Assembly: GCA_038087875.1 (NCBI GenBank) | Contig: CM075988.1 | Coordinates: 19,160,001-19,224,000, forward strand | From: Malacoraja senta | Lineage: Eukaryota | DNA: 64,000 bases | Reading direction: 5' to 3' | In this document: positions 22,836 through 36,020 of the stretch, in pieces | Position numbering within the stretch: position 1 is the first letter of the stretch | Layout: every line of letters starts with the position of its first letter | The notes under the pieces: generated by a model | Seen by the model: only the letters and a program-made list of their open reading frames with translations | Database searches by the model: none | What the model was told of the DNA's origin: nothing | Made by a program: the position numbers and the translations under genes

Positions 22836-24165
22836 AGGGGAAAGTTGTACACGTTTCACTGGTGTTCTGGTGAGTTTCATTGTTTGTAGAACTCATTTTC
22901 ACCTAGCCCACAGCTAACAATAGACTGTTTCCTTGATCATCATTACTTTTTTGCATATCTTTCTGTTTTTTTGTTCTATCACTCCATATCACTCACCATC
23001 TATATATCTAGTTTTCCTTTCCCCTGACTCGCAGTCTGAAGAAGGGTCTCGATCCGAAACGTCACCCTTGTCCCGTTGAGTTACTCCAGCATTTTGTGTC
23101 TATCTGACAGGGGAAAGAAGGTGTCCAGCGGTGTGCTCTTTCAAGCTTCTGTATCTTCTGCCCGACGGAAGCAGGGAGAGGAAGGAATGATCAGTGCGGG
23201 ACGAGTCTTTGATTACGTTTGCAGCTTTCCAGAGGCAGCATGAAGTGTAGATGGAGTCAATGATTGGGAATCTGGTCCATGTGAAGGACTGGGCTACATC
23301 CACAATTCTCTGCATGGTCAGGGGCAGAGTTGTTCCCAAACCAAGGTGTGAGGTGTCGTATTGTGTGTTACTGTGCAATATTCCCAATATAATGGCGGCA
23401 GCTGGTTTAATTCCACTGCTGCACTTCGATACACTCACTGCATCTGTGGTTTGGAAGATTAGAATGCACAACCACATTGTGCCACACACTTAGAGTAATG
23501 GCTGGCAGCATTGTTCCAGCCCCCAGCCCCTCCCCACTTAACCGATAAATACCAGGGGTGGACAGTGGGGTGGTCACTGGAGTGGCTCCTCAGCCACACA
23601 GCCTGAATCAGACACTCTGTTGTCATTACGTGTGGTTCCGCAGCAGACAATCAAAACACAATGGGGTGACACAACATCAGTGAGAAGTGATGAGGAAAAT
23701 CAAGCGGTGAGGAGCCACGTCACATCTCTTGACTCGCACTGTAGTGTCGCAAATTATACCTTTCTTTCAGGATAATGGGGACTATGTGATGTGTTATCAG
23801 GAAATGATGAGAAAAGAATAACCAAAGTAGCGGGCAGCTGAATCTCTGTGGGCCTGCGGAAGGGATTTGATTACGTTTGTTACCAAGAGATGACACGCAT
23901 TGGAAATGAAGGGATGATGTGACCTGGTTATGAAACTGGTTTGAGTGTCGGAGGACGGAACACAGGGTTGGCCATTATCTGCTAGCCATTCACATTTCCA
24001 CCATCCTCCTACTGGTGTTCAGGGGTGCCTTGGTGCCAAGCAACTGGTCAAGAGCCAAGTCACGAGTGTTTAATTGGCAACAGTCACGAGTGTACTGGCA
24101 ACAGAACAATGAAATTCTTACTTGCTGTAGCTTAACAGGCCTGTTAATGCAACAACACACCAATA
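22198..24165. repeat. Direct duplication of about 565 bp (22198-22765 and 23601-24165)
   Basis: Colinear near-identical sequence from gcctgaat to acaccaata. Confidence 0.95.
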
Positions 24166-24470
24166 AATATATAACACTCAAACATTAATAACAGCAATAT
24201 TTGGTGACCATAAAAGTGGAAAACTGAAATCTGTAGTGCAACCAAAGACACAGTCCATAGAAGATCATAATTGTTGAGATCATTGTTAGTGTTGTGCAGT
24301 GTTCAAGAGCCTGATGGCTGCTGGGAGAAGCTGCCCTTGAACATGGGGGTCACTGTTTTCAGGCTCCTGTACCTTCTTCCCGATGGTAGTAGTGAGATGA
24401 GATCGTGGCCACAGTGGTGTGAGTCTTTGATGATACTGGCTGTCTTTTTGAGGCAGTGTCGCCTGTAGAT
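24050..24470 (-). mobile_element. Rex1-type LINE 3' fragment
   Basis: YRRHCLKKTASIIKDSHHCGHDLISLLPSGRRYRSLK. Confidence 0.85.
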
Positions 24471-25479
24471 CAGTCTGATTGTAAGGACATCAATACCCAT
24501 GTTGAGCAGGTATTCCTTGAACTTACAAATGACATTGCTGTTGTGGTAGAAATCCATGTATACAAAAAAATAAATCAATGTGCTGGAGTAACTCGGCGGG
24601 TCTGGCAGCATCTCTGGAGAACAGGGATAGGTGATGTTTCAGTTCGGGACTCTTCTTCAGACTAATCGTGATGGAGTGTATGGAGAAAAAGCTCAAAGAG
24701 AGGTGGGGGAAGGACAAAACCTGGCAAGTGATAGGTGGATACAGGGGTTTTGATGGGAGGACATGGATAGTTGGCGTTTCGGATCAAGACCCTTCTAGAG
24801 ACTGAAGAAGTGTTGCCTATCCATGTCCTCCAGAGACCAATGCCTGACCTGTTGAGTTACTCCTGCACTTTGTGACTTTTGTCGTAAACCAGCTTCTGCA
24901 GTTCCTTGAGTCCCCTGGTATCAGGGATTGAAGATGAAGCAAAACAAACAACTTTGGAATGGGAACAGAGGTGAGGATGAATGGCCTGCTTCTATCCCAG
25001 TGCCCTGAACTTCCCATGTCTCCTGTCATGTGCTTGGTTGTCTCTTGGCTCTGAAGCCTTTGTGAGATGGGCTCGGATCTTGCAGTGTCCCTGCAAAGTG
25101 GCACATATCTCTGAGGACGTTTGACAAAGCACTGATTTAAATTTTGACAGACTTTACAGCTATTTTTCCTTGAGGAACATTACACAGCATGTCATCAAAT
25201 TTGTACAGAATCTTTTACAAATATGTTAACACGTGTAAAGCAGGGAAAACAGTCGAGAGTGCTGAAAAAGTTGAATTATGCAATGAGGGGATTAAGTCAG
25301 ATTTGCACAGATGGGTATCTCTGTGAAGATGCTGTGCCTCATTAACAACTAAGGTCCTCTGAACACTGAGCTTCCCTATTCCTCCAGAGAATGTGAAGAT
25401 CACAGTCTCATCTCCCTGACGTGCCATGGGTGGGGGGGGGGGGGGACTTGAGATATCATCGGGGATGTCACAGATGTCA

Positions 25480-26000
25480 GAGCTGAACACCACGGAAACA
25501 GGCCCTTCAGCCCATCTTGTCCAAGTTGGCTTGTGGAGCTTGTCCCATTTCATTGCATTTAGCCCATTGCCCTCCAAACCCAACCTATCCATATATCTGT
25601 CTAAATTTGTTTTAGAAGTCGTATTTCTGTCCTCTTCCACAGCGTCCTCTGGCAGCTCATTCCAGATATAGGCTACCCCCTGAGAGAAAAAGTGGACCCT
25701 GACGTTCCTCGTAAATCTCCACCCTCTCACCTTAAGCCTGTGCCCTCTTGAGTTTGAATCCTCTAACCTGGGAATAGGCTGTGTGTTCACTTTATCCATG
25801 CCCCTCGTACACCTCAATAAGATCTCCCCTCAGCCTCCTACGCTCCAAAGGAAAAGTCCCATCCTATCCGACTTCTCCCTATAAGTCACAAGTCCAGGTA
25901 ACATCCTGGTGAATCTCTTACATACCTTTTCCAACATAATGCCATCCTTCCTATAGCTGGGTGAGGTGAGCAGACAGTACCCTGAGGGTGGTCTCACCAA
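25480..26000 (-). mobile_element. CR1 3' fragment
   Basis: SRGHRLKVRG, WNELP, LDRYMD peptides. Confidence 0.85.
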
Positions 26001-27139
26001 TGAAGTCTTTGTGAATGACCAAGTAACACATGATTCTATGGTGGCCTGCAGTTAGTGTGTGGCATGGCATGAATTTTCAAGGTGGAAGCCAGTGTGCCAT
26101 TTAAGGAATCTGATTCAATCTGAATACTGTGTAAGAAGGAACTGCAGATGCTGGATAGACACAAAAAGCTGGAGTAGCTCACCGGGAAAGGCAGCATCTC
26201 TGGAAAGAAGGAATGGGTGACATTTCAGGTCGAGACCCTTCTTCAGACTGGTTAGGGATAAGGGAAATGAGAGATATAGATGGTGATGTGGATAGATAAA
26301 GAACAATGAATGAAAGATAAACAGCAATCATCGTTACGTTTTTGCATATCTTTCATCTCTGAAATGAAGATGTTTCTTCTCTTTGAATCTGATTGAAACC
26401 TGCTCTCAGCTAAACCCAGCCTTCCTGAAGTCCAATCTGGTGAACCTTTGTAACTTTCCCTCAGTTGCGGGCATGTCCATAAGTTCATTAGTTTTAGGTG
26501 CAGAATAAGGCCATTCGGACCTTCATCTACACCATTCAATCATGGCTGATCTGTCTCGCCCTCTCAACACCATTCTCTTGCCTTCTCCCCATGACCCCTG
26601 ACACCTGTACTAATCAAGAACCTGTCTTTAAAGTATCCATTGACTTGGCCTCCACATCCGTCAGTCTGAAGAAGGGTTTCGACCTGAAATATCACCTATC
26701 CATCTTCTCCACAGATGCTGTCTGACCTGTTGAGTTACTACAGCACCCTGTGTCCTTTTGTGTAAAACAGCAACTGCAATTCAATTTCTCCAAGATGACT
26801 AGGTTGCAGGATCTGAAGATTAACCAAGTTAAATGCAATTGGGCCACAATGTTAATGAATCCTCAGTAAAGCTTGTGGCCGTACTGGGATTGGGAAATAC
26901 TGCACTTCACATTTATTTATTATTTATAATTCATTAGTATTGGCACAAGAACCTACTCAGAGTTGCACCCAAGGCTGTCTAACAGTCCGTACGGACTTGT
27001 GCTTTAGCACAGCTGTACAAAGTAATGGGCACAAGTTTGATTGTTCATTGATGCAGTGAGAGTGGCTGCAGATTACAGTCACCTCCAACATGTGCAGTTC
27101 CATCAGGGAAGTGATTATAGGCTGGTGGAGTTCAGAATC

Positions 27140-27835
27140 GGCTGAAGAAGGGTCCCAACCTGAAACGTCACCCATCTTTTGTTTCCCAGAGATTGTCCAG
27201 ATATCCTTTTTTTCCCCCAAAGTGCTGGAGTAACTCAGTAGGCCAGGCAGCATCTCTGGAGAACAGGGATAGGTGACATTTCAGCTGAAGAGGTATCCCG
27301 ACCCTAAACTTCACCTCTCCATGTTCTCCAGAGATGCTGCCTGACCAGCTGAGTTATTCCAACACTTTGTGTCTATCTTCAGAATCGTCCCATCCTGGAC
27401 CTGGCCTTAGGTTAGACAATCCTTGCGTACGTATTGATAGCTCAGTGACTGGGTGGGTGGACAGTGCATGGAATACATTGTGGGGTCATCCTCTACCATG
27501 GAATCAATGGAAAGGCAGAGGATTATTTAAAGGAAAGTTTGTTCAGAAGACAGGGATCGTTCTGTTGTTTTGCAATCAGCTGATGCACAATCAGAGGCTA
27601 AACAAATTATGAATTGTGTCACAAAGTGCTCGAGTAATTCAGTAGGTCAGGCTGCATCTCTGGAGAACATGGATAGGTGATATTTCAAGTGAAGAAGTGT
27701 CCCGGCCTGAAGCCTCACCTATCCATGTTCTCCAGAGATGCTGCCTGACCCGCCAAATTACTCCAGCACTTTGTGTCTTTTTTGTAGCCCAGGTTACTCC
27801 TGCACTTTGTGTCTTCTTTTGTAAAGTAGCATCCT
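27140..27835. mobile_element. Cluster of Penelope-derived palindromes
   Basis: Repeated caaagtgctggagtaactcag...ctgagttactccagcactttg units at about 27140-27380 and 27620-27835. Confidence 0.75.
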
Positions 27836-28244
27836 CAATTTCCCGTACTTCCATATTGTGAACTGTGCCTCCTTTAATCATTGCAAAAAAAGACACATTT
27901 CTACAGCATCTTTGATAGCTTCACTATGTATTTTGAACTTGTAACTTATGAATTGAAAACAGAAAATGCTGGAAACACTCAGCTGGTTCAGGCAGCATCT
28001 GCGGGAAGGGATATAGTAACGTTTTGGATCTGGGACAGTTCAACAAGCACTTTGGAATGCCAGTCACTGTTGTAATGCAGGAACAGCAGCAACCAGTTGG
28101 TGTTGCAGGTCCCACCCACAGTAACGTGATCATGGCCTAGGTTACTTTTTGTTGCTCTAATGATCAGGGGTATATATTGAGCAAGATATCCCAACGCACT
28201 TGCATTGTTTTCTCTGGATCGTCGGAATTTGAGGTTAGATCTGA

Positions 28245-28770
28245 CCTCTATAAAATTATGAGAGGCATAGATAGGGTAGACAATCAGAACCTTTTTCCAG
28301 GATGGAAACGATAACGACTGATATCCCCAGGGTGGAAATGACAAAGCTATAGGGAGAGATTGGGCAAACGAGAACCTTGTTCTTTGGACCATCGTAGGCT
28401 AAGGGGTGATCTTATAGAGGTGTATAAAATCACGAGGAGATTTAATAGGGTGAATAGAGTCTTTTACCCAGGGAAGGGGAATCAATAACCAGAGGACTTA
28501 GGTTTAAGGTGCGAGTTGAAAGATTTAATAGGAACCTGAGGGACAACATTTTCACTCAGAGGGTGGTGGGTTTATGGAATGAGCTGCCAGTGGAGGTAGT
28601 TGAGTGGTATAATAACAACATTTAAATGACACTTGGATGTAGATAGGAAAGGTTTAGAGAGATATGGACCAAATGAGGGCAAATGGGATTAGCTTAGATG
28701 TGGCATCTTGGTTGGCATGGACAAATGGGGAAAAGGGCCTGCTTCAATGCTCTTTGACTGACTACAACTA
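28245..28770 (+). mobile_element. CR1 3' fragments
   Basis: RRLRGDLIEVYKI-type sequence and 3' UTR. Confidence 0.8.
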
Positions 28771-29339
28771 TGACTAGACTAGAAGGGAAAGCTTTAAGGT
28801 GAGAGGGGGAAGGGTGTGGGGCAAGTTTTTACATAGGGTGCCTGGAACATGCTTGCAGGGTTGGTGAAGGAGGCAGATCCAATACTGGCAGGAGCTGACA
28901 GTTGAGTGGCTGAAGAAGGTTTTGGCCTGAAACATTGCCTATTTCCTTCGCTCCATAGATGCTGCTGCACCCGCTGAGTTTCTCCAGCATTTTTGTGTAC
29001 CAGTTGAGTGTCTAGTGCTGCTCCTAATTGACAACCTGTTTTATTAATTTCATATTCTCTATGTACCTGGCATGGAGTTGTTATGGGGAGAAGGCAGAGG
29101 TTATGGGGAGAAGTCAGGAGAATGAGGTTAGGAGGGAGAGATAGATCAGCCATGATTGAATGGCGGATTAGACTTGATGGGCCGAATAGCCTAATTCCAC
29201 TCCTATTCCTTATGACCTTATGACCTCATGGAGCTTCTCAGATCCCATAGCTTTTTGTCTTATGCTATTATCATTCCTCCCCCCCCCCTTCCCTCCCCCA
29301 ATTAGCTGTATCCTGGTCTTCACTTATTTCCACCTCACT

Positions 29340-29730
29340 CAATAGACAATAGATAATAGACAATAGGTGCAGGAGTAGGCCATTCGGCCCTTCGAGCCAA
29401 CACCGCCAATCAATGTGATCATGGCTGATCACCCCCAATCAGTACCCCATTCCTGCCTTCTCCCCATATCCCCTGACTCCGCTATCTTTAAAAGCCCTGT
29501 CAAGCTCTCTCTTGAAAGTATCCAGAGAACTGGCCTCCACCGCCCTCTGAGGCAGCGAATTCCACAGACTCACAACTCTCTGTGTGAAAAAGTGTTTCCT
29601 CGTCTCTATTCTAAATGCCTTACCCCTTATTCTTAAACAGTGGCCCCTGGTTCTGGACTCCCCCAACATTGGGAACATGTTTCCTGCCTCTAGCATGTCC
29701 AAACCCTTAATAATCTTATATGTTTCAATA
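29340..29730 (-). mobile_element. CR1 3' fragment (young)
   Basis: ORF 29439-29702 GESRTRGH...WNSLP; (AATAGAC)n tail. Confidence 0.9.
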
Positions 29731-30419
29731 ATTCCGAGAATTATCTTTCTGCCTCCCTTCCTCTTCCTTCATCTCCTACTGTTCCATCACGGGCTCTGCT
29801 CATTTGTAATATCTTCCAGCTGTGATGAAGAAGAGGGCTGGAGGGGTACAATTTCCGTTCTCCACAGAAGCCAGCTGATGTGCGGGCGATAGTTGTCCAG
29901 TTGTCAAGCTTAGGATGGCTTCCAATCGCACGGGGCGTGAAAGCAAAAGGTCAAGTACTATCGAATGATTGTCTGAACCCTTCTGCTCTCTGGTGGTTTA
30001 ATGCAGTAGGTTCAATGGCTGGATATAACTTAGATTTTGATTTAAGACTCCGATTCAATTATGGATTTAAGTTTTTTTCCAAAGGGCCTCGTTGAGAGGA
30101 GGGAAACCAGGTAATGCAAGAAATGTTCAGCGAGTCAGCCAAGATTCAGGAGGGAAATGGTGCCAATATATCAGTTCCACGATTCTTCAGCAGGTTTCAT
30201 GACCTTGCCTGATCATTCCAATGAAGAGCATCCCTGACGTTTCAACAGAACATTTCAGATGCTGTACATCTGAAATTAAAAGAAAAAATATCAGAAGAAC
30301 TCAGCAGGCCAGGCAGCATCTATGGTGAGAGGAAGACAGTGAACAATTCTGATGAGGGGGTTCGTTCACCTATATCATTATCTCTATTTCCCTTTCCACA
30401 GATGTTGCCTGCCCTTCTC

Positions 30420-30930
30420 AAGAGCCAAGTGTTTAATTGTCATATGTACTGACAACAGAACAATGAAACAATTCCTTGCAACAGCTTAGAGGCCTGTGAA
30501 TGCAATACACTCAGATAAATGCATAATAGAAAAAAACTCAATGAAATACTGGATAACCATAACAGTGCCAAATCTGTAGTGCAACCAGAGACACAGTCCA
30601 TGGAAGATCATAGACTCTGAGTGTTTACCCCATCATACTCATTATATATAGAATATATACAATAAACTAAAATTTCATAAATTAATAACCACAACATTCA
30701 TGTAAAAGCAAACAAAATACTTAGTGCAAGCAAAGACAGTCCACGAAAGATCACAGTTGCTTAGGTTAGTGTTGTGCAGCGTTCAAGAGCCTGATAATTG
30801 CTGGAAAGAAGCTGTTCTTGAACCTGGAGGTCATTCCCGATTGTAGGAGTGAAACGAGAGCATGGCCAAGGTAGAGTGGGTCTCTGATGATATTGGCTGC
30901 CATTTTGAGGGGGCACCCCCTGTAAATTCC
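30420..30930 (-). mobile_element. Rex1-type LINE 3' fragment
   Basis: ASIIRDP.LPWP and RFKNSFFPA-like sequence; gacaatta tail. Confidence 0.7.
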
Positions 30931-31086
30931 TTAGGAGGTGGGGGGGGGGAGTGGGGGGGGGAGTGGGGGGGAAGGGGGGGGAGTAGGGGTCCACTTGCTT
31001 AACATTTCGTGGGGAGATCATTTGGCAATCTTCAATTATGAACATTTTCAGTGCTTTCATTTTAGACCTGAAATCGTGTCTTTGAT

Positions 31087-31408
31087 TGAAGATTGATTGA
31101 AAGATACACCATGGAAACAAGTCCTTCAGCCTATTGAGTCCACGCTGACCATAGATCACCCGTTCACACTAGTGCTCTGTTATCCCACTTTTGGATCCAC
31201 TCCCCACACACTAGGGACAATTTTCAGGGGCAAATTAACCGACAAACCTGCACGTCTTTAGGATGTGAGAGGAAACCGGAGCATCCAGAGGAAACCTACG
31301 CGGTCACAGGGAGAATGTGCAAACTCCACACAGACAGCATTTGAGGTCAGGATCGAACCCGGGTCTCTGGCACTGTGAGGCAGCATCTCTATCAGCTGTG
31401 TCACTGTG
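31087..31408 (-). mobile_element. V-SINE
   Basis: Family consensus pattern. Confidence 0.85.
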
Positions 31409-31828
31409 GTTCTCTCCTTCCTAATGCTGCCTGACCTGCTGAGTATTTGTCATTTTCCATTCAGAGCATCAGTGGTAATGTCGATGTCTCATTGTCAGCA
31501 AGTCTTGGGTTAAAGTTGCAAATATCAACAGCTGTGGCTCAGTGAGCCAGAAAAGGTCCCAAAGACTTCAACGTAGCTCTCACACCGGAGTTCACAGTAG
31601 GATTGTTTTTTTGGAATAAACTCCAAAATCTGTTTACAATCAAGCGTATATTCAGTTTTTGAAACTTGCAAGGGGGTAGTGTTAGAAGATTTTAAATCAA
31701 GGTTTGTAGGAACGTCTGCCCACAGAGGGGATGAATCCCTGGAAATTCAGCAGTATCGTGGAGACGAGATCACTGAGGCTATTCAAAGATAAAGTAGAAT
31801 AATGAAAGGTCTGTGGTTTGATGGAAGA

Positions 31829-32015
31829 CGGCACCGTGGCGCAGCAGGTAGTGCGGCTGTCTCACAGCGCCAGAGACCCGGGTTTGCTCCTGACCAAGGG
31901 TGCTGGCTGTGTGGAGTTTGACCAAGTGGGTTTCCTCTGGGTGCTCTGCTTTCCTCCCGCATCCTAAAGAAGGGTGGGTTTATTGCTATTTGGACCTCTG
32001 TAAATTGCCTCTGTA
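31829..32015 (+). mobile_element. V-SINE, partial
   Basis: ggcaccgtggcgcagc head and V-domain. Confidence 0.75.
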
Positions 32016-32180
32016 GTTGTTACAAATATAAAGTTATAAAGATAGAAATATTTAAAATTGTGAGAGGCTGGCTCTGACTTTCCACACTGAAGTTAGCTTT
32101 GAGTTTAATGCAGAAGTCCAGAAAGCCTCTCAAAATTATCAATGGGTCTCAGGGCAAGCTGCTGTCGTTGGAAGTCTAAA

Positions 32181-32499
32181 AAGCCCTGTCCCACGGTACG
32201 AGTTCATTCAAGAGCTCTCCCGAGTAAAAAAAAATAATCAAACTGGTGGTAAGCACGTAGAATGAACGTAGCGGGTACGTCAGAGCACGGGGACGTCTCT
32301 TAGCGGCTTGTAACGCTAACGGCAGGTACTCGGGAAACGCGGTAAGTTCGGAAAGACTCGTGAAGATTTTTCAACATGTGGAAAAATGTCCACGAGAGCC
32401 CCGAGTACCTACGAGCGGCCATTACCGTAAATCTCCGAGTTCGAATCAGGGCAAACTCGGGAGAACTCTTGAATGAACTCGTACCGTGGGACAGGGCCA
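32181..32499. mobile_element. MITE with about 42-bp TIRs (PIF/Harbinger-like)
   Basis: gccctgtcccacggtacgagttcattcaagagctctcccgag / ctcgggagaactcttgaatgaactcgtaccgtgggacagggc; TAA-like flanks, TSD imperfect. Confidence 0.85.
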
Positions 32500-33497
32500 T
32501 TAGAGTGGAGGATACAAATTGTCCAGCAGCTTCTGCCAGTTCCTAGTACACTCCTCCACACCAGCAGCTGATGGTCAATGTATTGATCAATGCTGAGTTT
32601 CATTAAACTCGATTTTGATCATTAATTCCTGACAGGGCCATTACAAGAACCGGATGTTCAAAGTAAAAACATTGCTTATTTAGTCTGACAACAAAGTTTC
32701 AATCAGAAGACACACAAGGCTTCAGATGGTAGAATCTGGAGCAAAATACAAACTGCGGGGGAACTCAACGGGTCAGGCAACATCTGTGGAGTCCTGATTC
32801 AGGGTCTAAACCCTAAACATTGACCATCCGTCTACCTCCACGGATGCTGCCTGACCCACTGAATTCCTCCAGCAGTTTTAACTATCTACATTCAATGTTT
32901 CTTTTCAGCTTCTGCGAGCTGTTCAATGCTTGAAAGCTCTTCCAAAGCCAATTTCCAAAGTGAATGTGCAATAATTTTATTTTGCTCAGCAAAAAAAAAA
33001 AGTTCCAATCTAAGTATGGAATTCATTGGGTGAAAGTGCAATGTTGTTTAACTGCCCATTACCATAATGGCATTTTGCAATTCAATGATCTAGTACTTGT
33101 TCATCCATGTGCAGGCTTTGTGAACTCTCTGGGATTTTAAACTGCAACATTAATTAATTCTGATCAAGCTTCAACTGATAAAAGCATTATTATTTTTCAA
33201 TCGCTAGGCTTAAAGATTAATGTTAAGCAACATTACATAGGCAGTCTAAAAAAACACTAGGTTATAAAATTCAGCATTTTGAAAGACTAACCAGTTACCA
33301 CTTCCTGGAGTTTCTAGAGTATTTACTTGTCTTTGTAGGTGAGTCAACATTCATGCCTTTTACTTCCTGTGAGATGTACAGAGTGATTTTGAGGATCACG
33401 TCCATAGTTCCCTGGAAGTGGCTGCACAGGTAGATAGAATTGTAAATGTAGGGTTTCTCCTCGTTTTTTGCTGTGGCAATTCTTTTGTACTGAATTA

Positions 33498-33782
33498 GTG
33501 GCGCAGCGGTAGAGATGCCGCCTTACAGCGCCGGAGAACCAGGTTCGATCCCGACTAAGGGTGCTGTCTGTACGGAGCTTGTACGTTCTCCCCCGTGACC
33601 GCGTGGGTTTTCTCTGAGATCTTCGGTTTCCTCCCACGCTCCAAGGCTGTAGGTTAATTGGCTTGGTAAATTTGTGAATTGTCCCCAGTGTGTATAAATA
33701 GTGTTAATGTGCGGGGATCGCTGGTTGGGGCGGACTCAGTGGGCCGAAGGGCCTGTTTCTGCGCTGTATCTCTAAACTAAAA
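33498..33782 (+). mobile_element. V-SINE
   Basis: A box tggcgcagcgg, B box ggttcgatcc, V-domain, tail. Confidence 0.9.
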
Positions 33783-34405
33783 ACGATATAGACCCCGTAT
33801 CAGGCTCCTACTAGTGTGGCTTCTTGACTGAGATCAATTGAGAATGGCTGACACATTTATGAGATCCCTCAAGCACTCAGCATTAATATAGTTAGTTTAT
33901 CCAAAAATAATTTTGATATTCATGCAGTTGATCATGCCTCCCACTTCTCTCATGTTAATGATTTGTTGTGATCTGGGTTGAATTTGAGAACTCCCATGAG
34001 CTTCAATAACCTTAGACTTATGGAGTTATATTGGTGTATACCACAGAAATGGCCCTTTGGCCCACCTTATCCATGCTGACCTATATACACATCTGTAATA
34101 TCTTTCGATTACATTTGAGAAGAATAAAGATAATGGACCAAAAACATAATTCGTGTCCTTTGAACTTCCTCGACCCTTTTACATTTGGAATTGTGCATTT
34201 TATTTTCTGTCGTAGAAATGTTTATGAACTAAATGTGCGATTTAAGATTCACCACAACAATGACTGAAAATAAACAGAAGAAAGATGCAAAAGGCTGGAG
34301 TTAACTCATCGGGTCAGGCAGCATCTCTGAAGAAAAAGAATAGGTGACGTTTCGGTTCGAGACCCTTTCTTCGGACTGGCTAGTCAGGGGAAAGGGAAAA
34401 GAGAA

Positions 34406-34702
34406 CTTTATTCTTAGAATAAAGGGGAGGTCATTTAAGACTGAGGTGAGAAAAAACGTTTTCACCCAGAGAGTTGTGATTTTATGGAATTCCCTGCCAC
34501 AGAGGGCAGTGGAGGCCAAGTCACTGGATGGATTTAAGAGAGAGTTAGATGGAGCTCTAGGGACTAGTGGAGTCAAGGGATATGGGGAGAAGGCAGGCAC
34601 GGGTTATTGATAGGGGAAGATCAGCCATGATCACAATAAATGGCGGTGCTGGCTCAAAGGGCCGAATGGCCTCCTCCGGCACCTATTTTCTATGTTTTTA
34701 TG
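34406..34702 (+). mobile_element. Young CR1 3' fragment nested in a Penelope pLTR
   Basis: RIKGRSFKTEVRKNVFTQRVV; AGAGAA at both flanks. Confidence 0.9.
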
Positions 34703-35333
34703 AGAGAAATATAGATGGTGATATAGAGAAATAGAAGAAATGAATTAAAATAAATGGGCTTCTTGTGCACCAGGTTTATTTGTAAGATTTGAATATTAAC
34801 GATTAGCTCTCTTTCAGACATGAATATTCATGCACAAATTAACTTCCCCCAAATAACAAGAAATTGGCAATGGCACTCGAGATTTCTCTGGACAATACCT
34901 GTTGTTATTTCAATTTCATACCTAACCCAGGATTAACTACGGCAGAAGAAATTGCAGATGCTGTTGCCCTGACCATAGAACATGGAACTGTCATCATTAT
35001 CTGTACCGAACATGATGCCAAGTTAAACATGACATCCTGACTTCAATGTTCACGCCCTGAACACTGAAGTCAAGCGTACTATATATCTTTTTATACTCTA
35101 TTCACATGCGTTGCCACTTTCAAGATTCAAGATTCAGATTCAAGAGAGTTTGTCATGTGTCCCAGATAGGACAATGAAATTCTTGCTTTGCTTCAACACA
35201 ACAGAATATAGAAGGCATGAATACAGAACAGATCAGTGTGTCCATATACCATTGTATAAATATATACACACATGAATAAATAAAACAGATAAAGTGCAAA
35301 TAAACAGATAATGGGCTATTAATGTTCAGAGTT

Positions 35334-35533
35334 NNNNNNNNNNNNNNNNNNNNNNNNNNNNNNNNNNNNNNNNNNNNNNNNNNNNNNNNNNNNNNNNNNN
35401 NNNNNNNNNNNNNNNNNNNNNNNNNNNNNNNNNNNNNNNNNNNNNNNNNNNNNNNNNNNNNNNNNNNNNNNNNNNNNNNNNNNNNNNNNNNNNNNNNNNN
35501 NNNNNNNNNNNNNNNNNNNNNNNNNNNNNNNNN
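35334..35533. other. Assembly gap (200 N)
   Basis: Run of N. Confidence 0.99.
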
Positions 35534-35639
35534 ATGTGGGAGGAAATCGAAGCACCTGAAGGAAGCTCACGTAATCATAGGGAGAACCTGCAAGCTCCAC
35601 ACAGACTGAACATAGTCGTAAAAAATAATGCCCCCAAGT

Positions 35640-36020
35640 CTATATAGCTTGGAGCCTATTTGGAAGTTGCAGTGTTTAATAGCCTGATGGTTGTTGGGAA
35701 GAAGTTGCTGCTGAACCTGGACATTACAGTTTTCAGGTTCCTATACCTTCTTCCCGATGGCAGGAGTAAAATGACAACATGGCCAGGGTGGTGTGGGTCT
35801 CAGATATGCTGGTAGCGACTCTTGTGGATTCCTTCAATGGTGGGGAGGCCAGTACCCGTGATGGACTGGGCAGTGTTCACCACTTTTTGCAATCTGCATC
35901 ATTCCTGGTCGTTCGAGTTGCCGAACCATGCCGTTGATGCAACCACTCAATATACTCTCTACAGTTAACATGTAGAGGTTCCGGAGAGTATTCATTGACA
36001 TACCAAATCTCCTCAATCTA
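35640..36020 (-). mobile_element. Rex1-type LINE ORF fragment
   Basis: RLRRFGMS..TLRNLY..TVESILSGCI; LLPSGRRY. Confidence 0.85.

Noticed and set aside
33498..33570. tRNA-like sequence
   Set aside because: SINE head followed by V-domain and LINE-type tail; not a tRNA gene
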